Shown: positions 1 to 12,543 of the stretch, piece after piece
How the letters are laid out: each line of letters starts with the position of its first letter
Numbering within the stretch: the stretch's first letter is position 1
Assembly: GCA_043228905.1 (NCBI GenBank)
Contig: JBHGNT010000005.1
Span: forward strand, 9,176,001 to 9,240,000
DNA: 64,000 bases
Source of the DNA: Azolla caroliniana
Lineage: Eukaryota; Plantae; Polypodiophyta
Reading direction: 5' to 3'
Translations under genes and position numbers: made by a program
The notes under the pieces: model-generated
Told to the model about the DNA's origin: nothing
Database searches by the model: none
The model's input: the letters and a program-made list of their open reading frames with translations, nothing else

Positions 1-1503
1 GTCGGATATTGACTTGTGGCACAAGCAGATCGGCCACGTAAACTATCAAAGGCTTCAAGACCTGCAATCGAAATAGGTTGTTTTCGGATTGCCAAAATTT
101 AGTGGCCGTAAGGCCCAAATTTGTGAAGCTTGCCATCTTGGGAAGAAACATCGGCTTCTATTCCCCACCAAAAGAAACCGGAGCCGTAACAAGATCGACT
201 TGATACATTCGGATGTATGGGGACCAACACAGAACGTTAGTCTTGGCGGGAGATGATATTTCGTCTCCTTCATCGACGACCAAAGCTGGCACATGTGGAT
301 CTATCTCATCAAGAAGAAAAGCGAAGTCTTCGACTATTTCTGGAACTTACAACGTCTTGTCGAAAGGGAAATAGAGAGAAAGATCAAGTGCCTATGGTCG
401 AATGACGGAAAAGAATACTTTTCTGGCCAATTCAACAGTTATTTGATGCAGAAAGGAATTTAGAGGGAATGCAGCTACCGATACACACCGGGAAAAAATG
501 GTGTGGCCGAAAGGATGAACCGGTCGATCATCGAGGCGGCACGAGTAATGCTGGAAGAGAAGAGCATGCGTAAGTTCTACTGGGCCGAAGCCGTCTGGAC
601 TGTCGTCTACATCCAAAACCGGATCGGGTTTAAGGTGTCAACGCACGAGCTATATTTCGGACGAAAGCTAAATTTAAGGCACTTTAGGATATTTGCTAGC
701 ATTATTGCCTATGTGCATGTACCAGATGAGAAGCTGGACCCAAAGTTGGAGAAGTGCATACTAGTCGGTTGCCCACATGAGCAAAAAGGGTATAAGTGCT
801 ACAACCCTTAGACAAAGGCAGTCTGAGTAAGCCAAGATGTCGAGTTTGACGAATCAACCTCCTAGTACTCTCTATTGACTCAGACCCCCGACTCCGATCT
901 GATACTGGATGATGAGTCCAGTGAGCCCGAAATGATCGGGGCAGAAGATGAAGAAGGATTCGGTACTCTAGGCGAGAGTTCGATCTCACTTCGGTTGAGT
1001 GGGCCAAATGAAGAGCTGAGTCGGAAAGACCAGCACGATGAAGAATCGGCGAGCAACGAAGACTCGACCATGCTCTCCCCGCGTAAGGAACCGAGGAAAC
1101 GGTTCACATGCAAAGAGAAAGGGAAGAAGAAGATGTCAGAATATGACACCGGCATAGATGAGTTGGATCGGAGCAAGACCGACTCCGGAAAGAACGAAGG
1201 CGGACCTTCGGAGGTGAAGTCCGAGCCAGGCAAGAGGGCCTTCAAATCGGCTCATGAGAAGTTATGCCGATCGACCCTCCAGAAGAACCCCGTAAAGATA
1301 TATGGGTATAATTAGAACATGGCGCACCACTATGCGTACATGACGAAAGTGGCGGAAGTGTGTGAGCCGGAGAGCTACGCAGAAGCGGCAAAGGACACGC
1401 AATGGCGAGCCGCTATGGAGGAAGAGATGCGGGCACTCAAGGGCAATGACACATGGGACCTGGTTGACCCTCCCCGACATTACAAACCGATCGGTTGCAA
1501 GTG
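1..1503 (+). pseudogene. pol: Ty1/copia pol fragment: GAG-pre-integrase, integrase core, start of RT (rest of RT/RNase H deleted)
   Basis: Motifs LWHKQIGHVN, LIHSDVWGP, NGVAERMNRSIIE, EKCILVG..KGYKCYNP, EPESYAEA..WRAAMEEEM..NDTWDLV..IGCKW. IN precedes RT (copia order); several stops. Confidence 0.9.
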
Positions 1504-1618
1504 GAACCAGACGGGTTGAGGAGTGTGAGCAAGGCGAGAAGGCGCCAGAAGAAGCCGACTGCAAGGTTCGGCAGACACTAACTCAGCGATCCGACCTCAA
1601 GTTGAGCTTTAGGGGGAT

Positions 1619-2072
1619 TGTTGATCTGACAAACTCAACTGGATCCGGATCGGTATCCGGAACGTAGAACCGGATAGGTATCCGGATCAGTGTCCGGAAC
1701 TAGGAGATGGATCAGATTGTAATCGATAGGCCGTTAAAGGCCTACAATCTTAGCCTAGTATGTAGGCATATTCCTTGGAATTAGTGTTAGTCGCTCGTAT
1801 GAGCATTGAAGTACTTGTCAGTACTTCTGTCAGTCCTTTTAAGGACTAGTATAAATAGTGTTCTGTAGGACATTTGTATGTACAAAGAGTTATTATTTTT
1901 TAATTGAGTTTATGGTATTCTGCTCTCTCTGTCTCTCCTGTGTATTCTCTCTATTCTAAAGCTTCCATTGAACCTGTGCTTACTCTCTTTTACTATCCGG
2001 TGAAGCCGGTTTCATATATTAGCTTCTGCACGCTACTCTTTTCACTCCTCAATTGTTCTTTTCATCCAATCA
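1619..2072 (+). repeat. 3' LTR of the copia element
   Basis: Follows PPT agggggat; starts TGTTG; TATAAATA near 1849; probable CA end at 2072 (end approximate). Confidence 0.65.
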
Positions 2073-2084
2073 ATCTTCGGGTTA

Positions 2085-2680
2085 TGTAGTTCAAACCAAG
2101 GGAGACCTAGAACTAGCGGGTGTTCTAAACTACGAATAACGTTGAAAGATATTATGCTTGACAAATCACCAAGAACTACATGATTTGGCTTAGACTCTTT
2201 GACTATATCACCTTATGCTATAGGGCAGCCACCAATGACTCCTACGACTATTGGGTTCAGGAGCTTATTCAAGAGGATGTTTTGTGTCAATGCAAACTCA
2301 CGATCCATGAAACAAGAGTTGGCATTGGAATCTAGGAGGGCAGAGGCTAGGATTCGATGACATGTAGATGTCCTAAGCTCAACTTGTGCAGAAAAAACTC
2401 TACTAACTTGATTTGATGAAATGGAACCACGCCTAGGAACTGACTCTACATATCTAGGATGGTCCAACCAAATGGCCCCTATTTTTACCAGACTTCTCGT
2501 TTAACACATCCTCTAATTGGCTCAAGACATCAAATCTATTCTCATGGCATGGGCTATTAAGCTTACTTAGGTTATTAGAAGTAATAATAGAACTCGAACT
2601 AGGGTTATCATGTGCACTTACTTGGTATACTTGACGTTTGGGTTTATGTGGACAATTCAAGGCTATATGTACTGGACCGA
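2085..2680 (-). pseudogene. Fragment of a Tcn1-like chromovirus (gag end, frameshift signal, protease)
   Basis: Reverse complement closely matches ~38240-38830 (NCPHKPKRQVYQ..., ASALLDSNANSCFMD). Confidence 0.9.
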
Positions 2681-2816
2681 TGTCGTGGGAAATTCCGACT
2701 ACAAGGAGAAAAGAGGCCGGATGCGCGTGAACAGGAAGGTGCATTGATTCACACGAAATATGTCTTTCATGCAATCATGTGTAAATAAGTTAGTATTATT
2801 TAAGTATTGAGGAATA
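2681..2816 (+). repeat. Truncated LTR start (TGTCGTG-type)
   Basis: Abrupt TGTCGTGGGAAATTCCG start, resembling the starts of the LTRs at 20915 and 17050. Confidence 0.4.
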
Positions 2817-3467
2817 CTAGGTAGGAATGGTTCGTGATTCTTCCTCAACCGTCAAAAACTGGATGGAATGACGACCGTCCTGAATTTTTACCCTTGTGTA
2901 AGTCGAGCCAGTGTCCAACACTTTCGTGATGTATGGTTCGCCAAGGATGACCGGGTGGGAAGATGTCTCGTGCACAAAAAAGTGCTGGTTTATGTCGACG
3001 TCCAACGCTCACTCTGACGTTCGGGCATGTTACCGGCTGGCAAAGGAGTCCAAAGTGTGAAACGGGGAGTTATTTAATTATTAGGAATGGTTGTAAGTAA
3101 GCTATGAGTGTGGACGGACGGACCGGAATCGGTATGCCGTTCCGGATCCGGACCGATCCCGAACAGGTGCGGATGGCACCGTTTTGTACTACAGACCGGA
3201 AACCTATTTAAAGGCCCGAATACAATGTAATGAGCGGCGGTTAATTAATAAAGCTTAGTGTTTTTATCTCTCTGTGTTAATTGCCATTCTGCATTCATTG
3301 TTATATCTTACGCGTGTGATTATTAAGGACGATCTTACTAAGTAGCCTAATTAAGTCGGATTAATTGTTGATTCTAATCCTCTTGCCGTAACACCCCTTT
3401 GGTGAAGTGTCTTCCGTAGACACCCTGTGTTAGGCCATTGTCCGGCCCTAAGAGTTAACAGAGTTTT

Positions 3468-3478
3468 TGGCGACCACG
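3468..3478 (+). promoter_or_regulatory. PBS of element A (tRNA-Arg(UCG)-like)
   Basis: TGGCGACCACG 7 nt after the 5' LTR; complementary to a ...GUGGUCG-CCA tRNA end (isoacceptor from recall). Confidence 0.7.
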
Positions 3479-3513
3479 ATTCCTGTTTTTGCAGCGAACG
3501 GCGGCACGAATGG

Positions 3514-6500
3514 ATGACTAGATCAACGCACGACCTGGTTACAGATCGAACTCGACGCCTTGCTGAAAGGCAAAGGAGACTTGAGGCTTTCCAGCAAGCG
3601 GCGCAGGAAATTAGAGCAGATCGCTCGTTTTCCAACGTAATTCGGAGAGTAGCAGAGGAGTCCCTCTGGTTACAGCAAACATCGCACCCGGACGACGGCA
3701 GCAACCTAAGCAGCCTCCGGGAAACCAAATCCCTTCTCCAGGCGTTGGCAAGCGGAGAAGGCGAAGCAAAAGCCTTTTCAGCATATGAATCAGATTCCGA
3801 AGGGGAATACAACGTGCACACGAATTACCGTAGCAGCAACGAAACCCCGGGCGGACCGGAGGACGAAGGATCAGACACCTTACCAACACCGGAACCGGAA
3901 TTGCTAAGGCTGGAACCTCCGGAACCAGCAGAGGAAGAGCGACCTCCGACACCGGAAGTCGAGGAGGAGAGGCCTCCGTCACGAAAAGAAGAGGAAAGAC
4001 CACCGACGCCGGAAACAAATCAGGAAAGACCACCGACGCTGGAGAAAAACCAGGAACGACCACCAACACCGCCAGCCCGCGCACCGATACCGGACGACGA
4101 CATGCCGTTCTAGTACTCCAAGTATAGAGATGATCCGGACGCGGAAGCTCATGTTCACGCCATTGAACAGACATGGGAAGCAAACCATGTGTCCCAGCGA
4201 TTGACCCCGGAAGAAGAGGAACGCTCTAAGATAGTAGAATTTGGCGTCACATTGGAGGGATCGGTAGCGAGATGGCGCCGGACGCAGGACCCGTCTACCA
4301 TCACCACCTTCGCAGATTTAAAAGCTAAATTCTTGCATTTTTTCCAAAAGGAGGTGGACCAGACAATAATGGTGGGCTTGTTTTATACCATCCGACAGGC
4401 GGCAGGGGAGAGCATTCCCCAGCTTGTCATCCGGTTTCAACGGGTGCATAGTCAGCTTGCCCGCGCACCCCTGGAGGAGGAATTACGAACTATATTCCTA
4501 AATGCGCTCCGGGAACCCCTACGCACGGTTTGCACGGTAATTGACTTCCGCACAAGTACCATCGACCAGGTCATTGACCGGGTGAGAGAGATGGAAAAGA
4601 CAAGCTCCTGGCTCACACTGGGAGCACTCCAACGGGCGTTACCGTCCGATGAAGACCTTCGGTTTCGGCAAGCAATACAGTGCACAACCTGCTTGAATTC
4701 CGGACACTCGGCACTAGAATGCACTATGAGGACGCAATGTGTAATCTGTCAATCCAAGGGCCATACGACGGATAGGTGCGAGTATAATCTATTGAACCGG
4801 CAAGCACCGCCCGTCCGACAAATAGAGCCACGCAGCAGCCGGGATGAAGAAGAGGAACGCTGGCGGCGAATGGACCGCGACAGACCGGCACAGGATGTCC
4901 GGTATGGCGATCGACGGGAGAATGATGTCTGGTACGGTGATCAGCGGGATAACTATGACCGGCATGATAGATATGATCGGTACCGGGATTACAATAGACG
5001 ATACGAACATTACGACCGGGAGCACTCCCCCGGATATGGTCAGCAACGGGAGGAATACGGTAGATATAACGATCAACCTCGTCAAGAGTACCGCAATAAG
5101 AAGAACTATAACAAAAAACGGCATTTCAAAAAAGGCGGCTACCCACAAGATCCGGAACAAGGAGCTTCCAGCAGCCAACCGGCCCAAAACCCCGCGCTTA
5201 CCACGGGACCTGCCTCGGGTACAACAGACAATGCTGAATCCAGCAATACCCGGAAAGCCTACTGCAACTACTGCCGACATGAAGGCCATTATAGTAATCA
5301 ATGCCCGGCGAAGAGCTATGACAAACGACCGGCAGTAAATATGGTAGTCCCTGAAGTGGCAGATCTGCAGCAGGTGACCACAAGGTCAAAGGGCATGGCC
5401 AAGGAATGGGAGGCGCAGGAGACTATCCGGAAGCAAGCGACGGAATGGGTGAAGAAAGCAAATGAGCAAAATGTCACAAACTTACAACAGCAAAAGGAGA
5501 ACACCATAGGGCGTGCCGACGACAGTCACTCCGAGAACGAGACATGGCAGGCGTTGCAAGAATGCCAGATTACGCTGCCACTAGGAAGACTCCTACAGCT
5601 CGTGCCGAGATTCACGGAAGGACTGAAGACAGCCATGACGGCAAGAGAATCATCACCGGCACCGGTACTCTTCTTGAATCCGGAGGAGGGACCAACGGTG
5701 GTGGACACCAACAGTCCGGTAATCACTGCCATTGTAAAAGGGAAAGAACTCCCCGACACAGTTATAGACGGAGGTTCCGGGGTGAATGTAATAAGCCTCC
5801 GGACGTGTGATGCCCTGGGAATCCACGAGTGGGAACTGTGTCTGTTCTGGTTACGGATGGCCGATACAAGCTCAGTGCGGCCGACAGGATTAATACGAAA
5901 ATTAGAAGTCATCGTTGGCGGTCATACATTTCACATCTCGGCAGTAGTGCTACAATTACAGGCACAAGGCGCGTACCCGCTATTGCTGGGGCGGCCGTGG
6001 TTGAAAACGGCACATATCATATAGAATATGGAGGAAAAATATAATTACCTTCCGGCGAGGAAAAGCCAAGGTACGTGTACCAACACAGCCAAGGACGAGC
6101 ACTGGCAAGGAATGGACACCGTTGTATGCAGAGTGCGTCAACATGCTAGAAGGGTTAGCTGACGAAGAAGAAGCTCAGTACTTGCAGGAAAACCCGAAGA
6201 TCGTATCACTCTTCGAAATTGACGTTGCCGAAGCAGTAGCACCATACTTACCGCAGCCGGAAGAGACTGAAGCAGAACCAGATAAAGAGGCAATCCGAGA
6301 GTTACGGCAAGCGCAGGAAGCATTGGAACGGGAAATGGCCATTTCACAACGCGTAAAAGCATCGCAACTTGAAGAGGTGAACCTCGGGAACACGGAGGAA
6401 GCAAAACCGGTGCACATCGCCAAGGAGATGAAGTCCGAAGACAAAACGGCGATGATCACACTTCTCACGGAATTTCGCGATGTGTTCGCCTGGTCATACG

Positions 6501-9262
6501 AAGACATGCGAGGGCTCGACCCTGAGTTATACCAACATCAGATTCACTTGAGCAAGGACGCAAAACCAGTGGCACAGAGACGGTACCGGATGAATCCCAA
6601 TTATGCCGCCAAAGTCAAGGAGGAAATCGACAAACTGCTAAGAGTGGGCTTTATCCGTCCGGTAAAGAAAGCGACATGGCTGAGCCCGATCGTAGTTGTA
6701 CCGAAGAAGAACGGAAAAATTCGAGTTTGTGTGGACTACCGGAAACTCAATGCGGCTACGGTAACGGATGCGTTTCCACTTCCGTTCACAGATGGAGTGT
6801 TGGATGCCGTCGCCGGCCATGAGGTCTATAGCTTTCTAGACGGATTCAGTGGGTATAATCAGATCCAGATGCACCCCGACGACCAAGAGAAAATGGCTTT
6901 CGTCACTGAATGGGGGGTGTTTGTGGCCGTGGTGATGATGTTCGGACTCAAAACGGCACCGGCAACATTTCAACGAATCATCATGGAAATCTTTGGTGAA
7001 TATATCCCAGCTTTTATGCAGGTTTTCCTTGACGATTTCGCCGTCTATAGCCGGGAGGAGAACCATTTTCAGCACCTCTGTCTTTGTCTAGAAAAGTGTA
7101 GAGCATACTGGCTAAGCTTGAATCCGGCAAAGTGTGTATTTGGCGTGTCCAGTGGAACCTTATTAGGAAATATTGTGAGCCAGGAAGGTATTGCAGTCGA
7201 CCCGGACAAAGTGAAAGCCATATTAGAAGCATCGGTGCCAGCAACGGCAAAGGCATTGAGCCGGTTCTTAGGACAAATCTGGTGGCACAGCCGGATGCTC
7301 CGATACTTAGCCGACCTGGCTACACCGTTGCATGCCGCCGTACATCGGACACCATTCCAGTGGACCGACACCGAGGATAGGGCGTATAGGGCCATCAAGG
7401 TACTATTGTCACAAGCACCAGTAGTGCAGCCCCCGAATTGGAGTAAAGAATTTCATGTGTTCGTGGACGCCTCCGACATCGCAATCGGAAGCGTACTGAT
7501 GCAGCTTACGGAGCCAAAGTGGTACCGGCCAGTGTACTATGCCAACCGAAAGCTATCCCAAGCGGAACGGAACTACTCTACCACGGAACGGGAAGCTCTA
7601 GGGATGATTTACAGTGTGACAAAGTTTCGGCATTATTTATTGGGAAGGAAGTTTTCCTTCCATGAAGATCATTCAACACTCCTTTACCTAGTGTCCAAGG
7701 CGTCACTCACTGGTAAGTTGGCCCGGTGGACCTTACTGTTACAGGAATTCGAGTTCGAAATATTCCACCGACCTAGTATACAGCACGCCGTAGCGGATTA
7801 TTTAAGCCGATTAGAGTCCGGAGAGACGGGTGATGGAGTAGCGGACGAGTTTCTGGATGCAGAGATGTTTCGAGTCACTACGGAAACTGCAGGAGATGAA
7901 TCGGTGGCACAGGAAGACAAGTGGCTCACAAACATGCACCAGTTTCTGAGCACAGGACTGCCTCCGGAAGAGATGAACCGGGACGAAAGGAAACGACTGG
8001 TGGTGCAAAGCCGACATTTCTGCTTACTGCAAGACACACTTTACTAGAAGGGCGCGGACGGCATAAGGAGACGGGTTGTGCGCAGCGATGAAAAGGACCT
8101 CATATTGAGGGAAGCCCACTGCGGAGTTGTCGGAGGTCACTATGCCGGAGATGTGATGGCCAGGAAAATATGGCAAAGTGGCCTATGGTGGCCAACGACA
8201 TTAAGAGATGCGGTACGGTACGCAAAAGAAAGTGACCTATGCCAGCGAATGGGCTAGCCAACGGAGTAGGCTCGGATGCCACACCAGCCTGTACTACCAC
8301 TCGAGCCATTCCAGAAGTGGGGGCTGGACTTTGTTGGACCGTTCAAACCACCGGCAATGAGAACAGGTAATCGGTACGTCATCGTCGCGACGGATTACTG
8401 CACGAAATGGGTGGAGGCCAAAGCCTTAAGAGACAACACCGCTGCGTCAACGGCAAAATTTCTATACGAATACATCTAGTGTCGTCACGGATGCCCAATC
8501 GAATTAATAAGCGACCAAGGGGGGCACTTTCTCGGCCAAGTAGTTGAAAGCCTGACGACATTCTATGCCGTTGTCCATAAACGGAGCACACCATACTATC
8601 CGCAAGCAAATGGGTTAGCGGAATCGACGAACAAAACGCTCCAGAATATCCTCCGGAAGATCGTCAACGAAAACCGAACGGATTGGGCTACCAAGCTACA
8701 TAGCGCGCTTTGGGCATACCGGACGACATATAAAACGAGCATCCGAACAACACCGTTCCGGTTAGCGTTCGGACTAGAGGCGGTTATGCCGGTGGAATTC
8801 CAAGTACCAAGCTTACGGATCCAGCTACGGGAACGACTGAACGAGAAGGAGTCAGAGGCAATACGGTTAACAGCGTTGTGTGAACTCGAGGAACAACGAC
8901 TGGCAAGCATCCTGCACTTAGAATTGGAACAACGGCGACGGAAAGCATTTGTCGACCGGCACAGGAAAGGAAATGAAAAAATGTTCGCAATCGGCAAGCC
9001 GGTGTGTTAGTATTTTCAGACCCGGATGGGCAAGATGCCGGGTAAACTACAGTTTAGATGGACCGGCCCGTATTGGCTGACACGTGAGTATAATGGGTCC
9101 TACCCGTTAGGGACACTTGCCGGCGAAGTGCTAGGCAAATGGGTCAACGGATTCCGATTGAAGCCATATAGAGGACCGATGCCTAAGAACCCATTTGAGC
9201 AAAGGACCGACACCTGTGAGGAAACGGCAACCACCAAGACGGAGGAGACGGCAAGCCGGTAA
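3514..9262 (+). pseudogene. gag-pol: gag-pol of element A (originally one ORF; several stops and small frameshifts)
   Basis: Three CCHC knuckles; protease VIDGGSGVNV; RT FLDGFSGYNQ and VFLDD; RNase H VDASD...TTERE; integrase [20 protein letters not shown]; C-terminal WTGPY. Confidence 0.95.
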
Positions 9263-9707
9263 CAAGGGAGAATGAGACAACGGCAAACCGTAATGAGGCT
9301 GGTAAGGGTCCGATAGGACCAACGGACAACTAACCTCACACCACATTAAAATTTATTTAAAAAAAAAAAAAGCGAAGTAATCATGCAAAAGCGAGGTATG
9401 AATGGACGAAAGAGCGAGGAGCGAAAAGGTACGTAGTGGGCATTTAAGCACCACCACAAGACATAATTCTATTTTAGTACACGACGTGCACACACTCGAA
9501 AAAGGCGCCAGAATGCACAGAGAAAAACCACTGCGCGTGGAGACCCTCTACTTTCGCAAACCCAGGAGCACAGAAGCACCAAGGCGTTGCAAGATCATCA
9601 GACGAGAACCTACGCACAGAGAACCCCTGCCTTCTGAACTCTCTCTTTCTCACTCTCACTCTCATCACCAGCCAACCTCACCACCACAATCCGACCTCGA
9701 TAGAGAC

Positions 9708-12491
9708 ATGGACCTACAAACGCTGTCGGAAGCCGCTAAGAAATGGCTAAAGCAACACGGGCTCGAGGGCTTCTTGACGATTATGGAGGTACCGCCACAC
9801 AAAGAAGCCGACAAGGTGATCAAAGAAATCGACACAGAGGTCATAACGGGGGAGGCGATCCGTGCGTTAACAGGCCTTCCGGAGGGAGGCATACTCACGA
9901 TTGACAATCCGACCTCGGAGCAACTCATCAAGTATTTGGGTGAGTACTCCCTAGCCAGCAAGGGCTACCGGACACAGGGCGGCGAAGATATGTTGTTCCG
10001 CGAGATTGCTCGTGTGCTCCACGAATACGGCCATGTGTACCCTAGACCCCCTGTCATGCCGTAGAACCGGGCAGGGATGATCATCGCAACCTATGAAGGG
10101 ATCAAGATGGATTGGCTGGTATTGATCGCAGACGGTTTGTGTGCGGCGATCGAGATCGTCAGAGGCAAAGACGGCAAAGAAGGCCGAGACGGACGGAGGA
10201 TATGGCACGCAGTAACGCAGTGGCTCACCTTGCTTGTGCCACCCGTTGAGCTCGTCCAGCCCAAGAAGCGGGGAAGAGTGGCGGATGGCACCCCAAAGAC
10301 GGCTTCCAAAAGACAACAGTTGTTGGCCTCTAAGGCCACTAAGGGGAAGGCGGCGGACGCAGAACAGGCGGGAAAGGAGAGCGCCAGCCGGAAGCGACCA
10401 ACGGATGCGCAGGAGGAACCACCGGTACGGCTCGTAAAGGTTACACTCCGCCGACCGGTGAATAGAGAAGCGGACCCCTTGGCGGCAAAACTCAATGCCG
10501 GGACTCAGGAAGAGGAAATAGAGGAGTAGCCTACGGAGCACCTCCAGCGACGGTCGTCGTCAAGAACCGTTGAGGCAGCCGGGAAACGTTCAGACCCTAA
10601 GACGGAGGAAACACCGGCTCCCCATACTGAGAATCCCACGCCAAGGGAAGAACCGGAACCGGTACGCATGGCACCGGAATCAGAAACCCCTGCACCACCG
10701 GCAACACCGGCAAGTCCCATCCCGCCAGAGCCGGAAATGTCAATGCAGCCTCCCTCGGCCAACCAAGAAGAAGCGCAAGGGGAACCAGGACAGCAGGGTG
10801 GTCCACGGGTAGAAACGGAATTGCAACTCGGCGCAATCATGCGGGACCACCCATCTACAAGTGAGCCCATCTGTCAAACCTCCGTGCAAGCACAACAACA
10901 ATGCACCGGTAGCCTGTGGCTCCGGTGGATAGGCGAACAGATTGCTGGAGTAGTGGGGTATATTGAGGCGGAAGAAAGAGCGCAAAGCGAACGGTTGCTC
11001 GTCACAACCGAGCAACAAGAGACGGCCCGGTCCAGGATCCGGTGCCTTGAAAAAGACTTGGATGAGGTCATGACAGAGATGGCCAAAATGGCCTTAACGG
11101 CAACACGGATCCAATCACGGGTGACTCCGGTAAGTGTACAGAATAAAGAAACAGTTCAACCTGTACATACCAATAAGAACCCGGCAATGGAAACCGTTCC
11201 AGAGAGAGATGCGGCGCAAGCCCAGGAGCTCGCGGATTTGAGAGATGAACTTGCCGCACAAGAAGCGCTAAGGAGCCGGGAACGGGAATTGAAGACAACG
11301 GGCGAAGTAGAATTAAAGAAGACTGTTGAGAACCTCCGCCGGGCAGAGGAGAGCCTCTGGAAAGGTCATCAAGCGTACGTCCGACTAAGGGAGGAAAAAG
11401 ACAAAGTGCTACAGGAAAAGGAAAAGTTGCCGAAGACGGCGGAAACAGAAATTGAATGGCTAAAGGAAGAGCTCCGCCAACAGAAGGACCGCGAGGACCG
11501 GGCCCGTCAACAGATCAATGCACGACTCAAGCAAACGACAGATGATTTTGAGCACCTACACCGGGACTACAAACGGCTGGAAATGGAGCATAAGGAACGG
11601 ATGGCCGAGCTCCAAGAGGAAGTTGATCGGGCCGCGACGGCGATCGCCGACGAACGTGCGGAAAATACAAGACGGTTGGACGAGGCGAAGAAGGTCCGGA
11701 TGGAGCTCAAGAGGCAGCAGCAGGAACAAAAGGAGAGAGCGTCAACGGTGATGCAAAAATTACAAAGCACATATCAAAGGGAATTGACGCATTACAAGGA
11801 GCAGGCGGAAGACAATGTCAAAATCATCAAACAATTGAAGGAGGAACGGCAAGCTGCGGAGATCAAATCGCAGTTGGGAACGGGCCGGATTCAGTGCATC
11901 CTCCGGGCATGGCTGAATCAGACAAAACGCTTGATTGACGAAAGCTCCGTAAGATGGTGGACAAAGTGGGCACAAAACGCGGCGGAACTCCAATTGCTAC
12001 GGGCAGACGTGGCAAACCGGCTGAAGGAAGGAGATGATTGTTACACGTTGACTTCCGAGGACTTCACCGCCATACGGGACGAGCTGGCCGATGACTTCCA
12101 AGTCCTGGCGGATGAACAGCTAGCGCAGGTCCGGCAACTCGTAGCTCAGCTAGATGATGATAGGCTGGACGCTCAAATCCAGTTTGAAAGCTACGAGCGG
12201 TCCCGGGTTCGGGAAGAAAAAGCACGGGAAGCGGCAACGGTTAACCTTAGTGATGAGGAACCGTCGTTGGCCGAGTGCCAGACCGGAACCAGTCAACCGG
12301 AGACCACTACGACGGAGGGAGCAACGACGGAGACGCCGGTGTTAGAGCAACAAACGGAGGAGCAGCCGCAGCAGCCACCAAAGGACCAGTCGCAGCAGCC
12401 ATCAACGGAGCAGCAACAACCACAACCAATTCCAGATGAACCATTGGAGACACTCGAACAAAGCATTCTGGATATTTTGGACGAAGAATAG
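9708..12491 (+). CDS. Extra ORF3 of element A (~927 aa if two internal TAGs are read through): conserved N-terminal domain, Pro-rich linker, long coiled coil, acidic C-terminus
   Basis: ORFs 9402-10064, 10077-10529 and 10668-12491 share one frame and are separated only by TAG codons. Homologues at 23450-24086 (+) and ~26535-26700 (-). Confidence 0.8.
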
Positions 12492-12526
12492 CAATGGTCG
12501 GATGTGGATTCGACGTATAAGGTACT

Positions 12527-12543
12527 GTCCCACGGGCGTGCCA
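12527..12543 (-). promoter_or_regulatory. Inverted PBS-like site (tRNA-Arg 3'-end copy) at the PPT position of element A
   Basis: Plus strand GTCCCACGGGCGTGCCA + TG + LTR; minus strand reads LTR-CA-TGGCACGCCCGTGGGAC. No purine tract present. Confidence 0.75.

Noticed and set aside
2073-2086. Half-tRNA-Met PBS (GGTTATG) after the copia LTR, implying a tandem element
   Set aside because: Only 7 nt match before an unrelated fragment begins; too weak to support.
6010-6050. Programmed gag/pol frameshift in element A
   Set aside because: Falls inside the conserved IKQNW motif after the protease. Relatives at ~18750 and ~28530 read through in frame, so it is a 1-bp insertion plus stop.
9708-12491. 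Retroviral-type env gene
   Set aside because: Position is env-like, but there is no clear signal peptide or transmembrane anchor; the protein is hydrophilic and coiled-coil.
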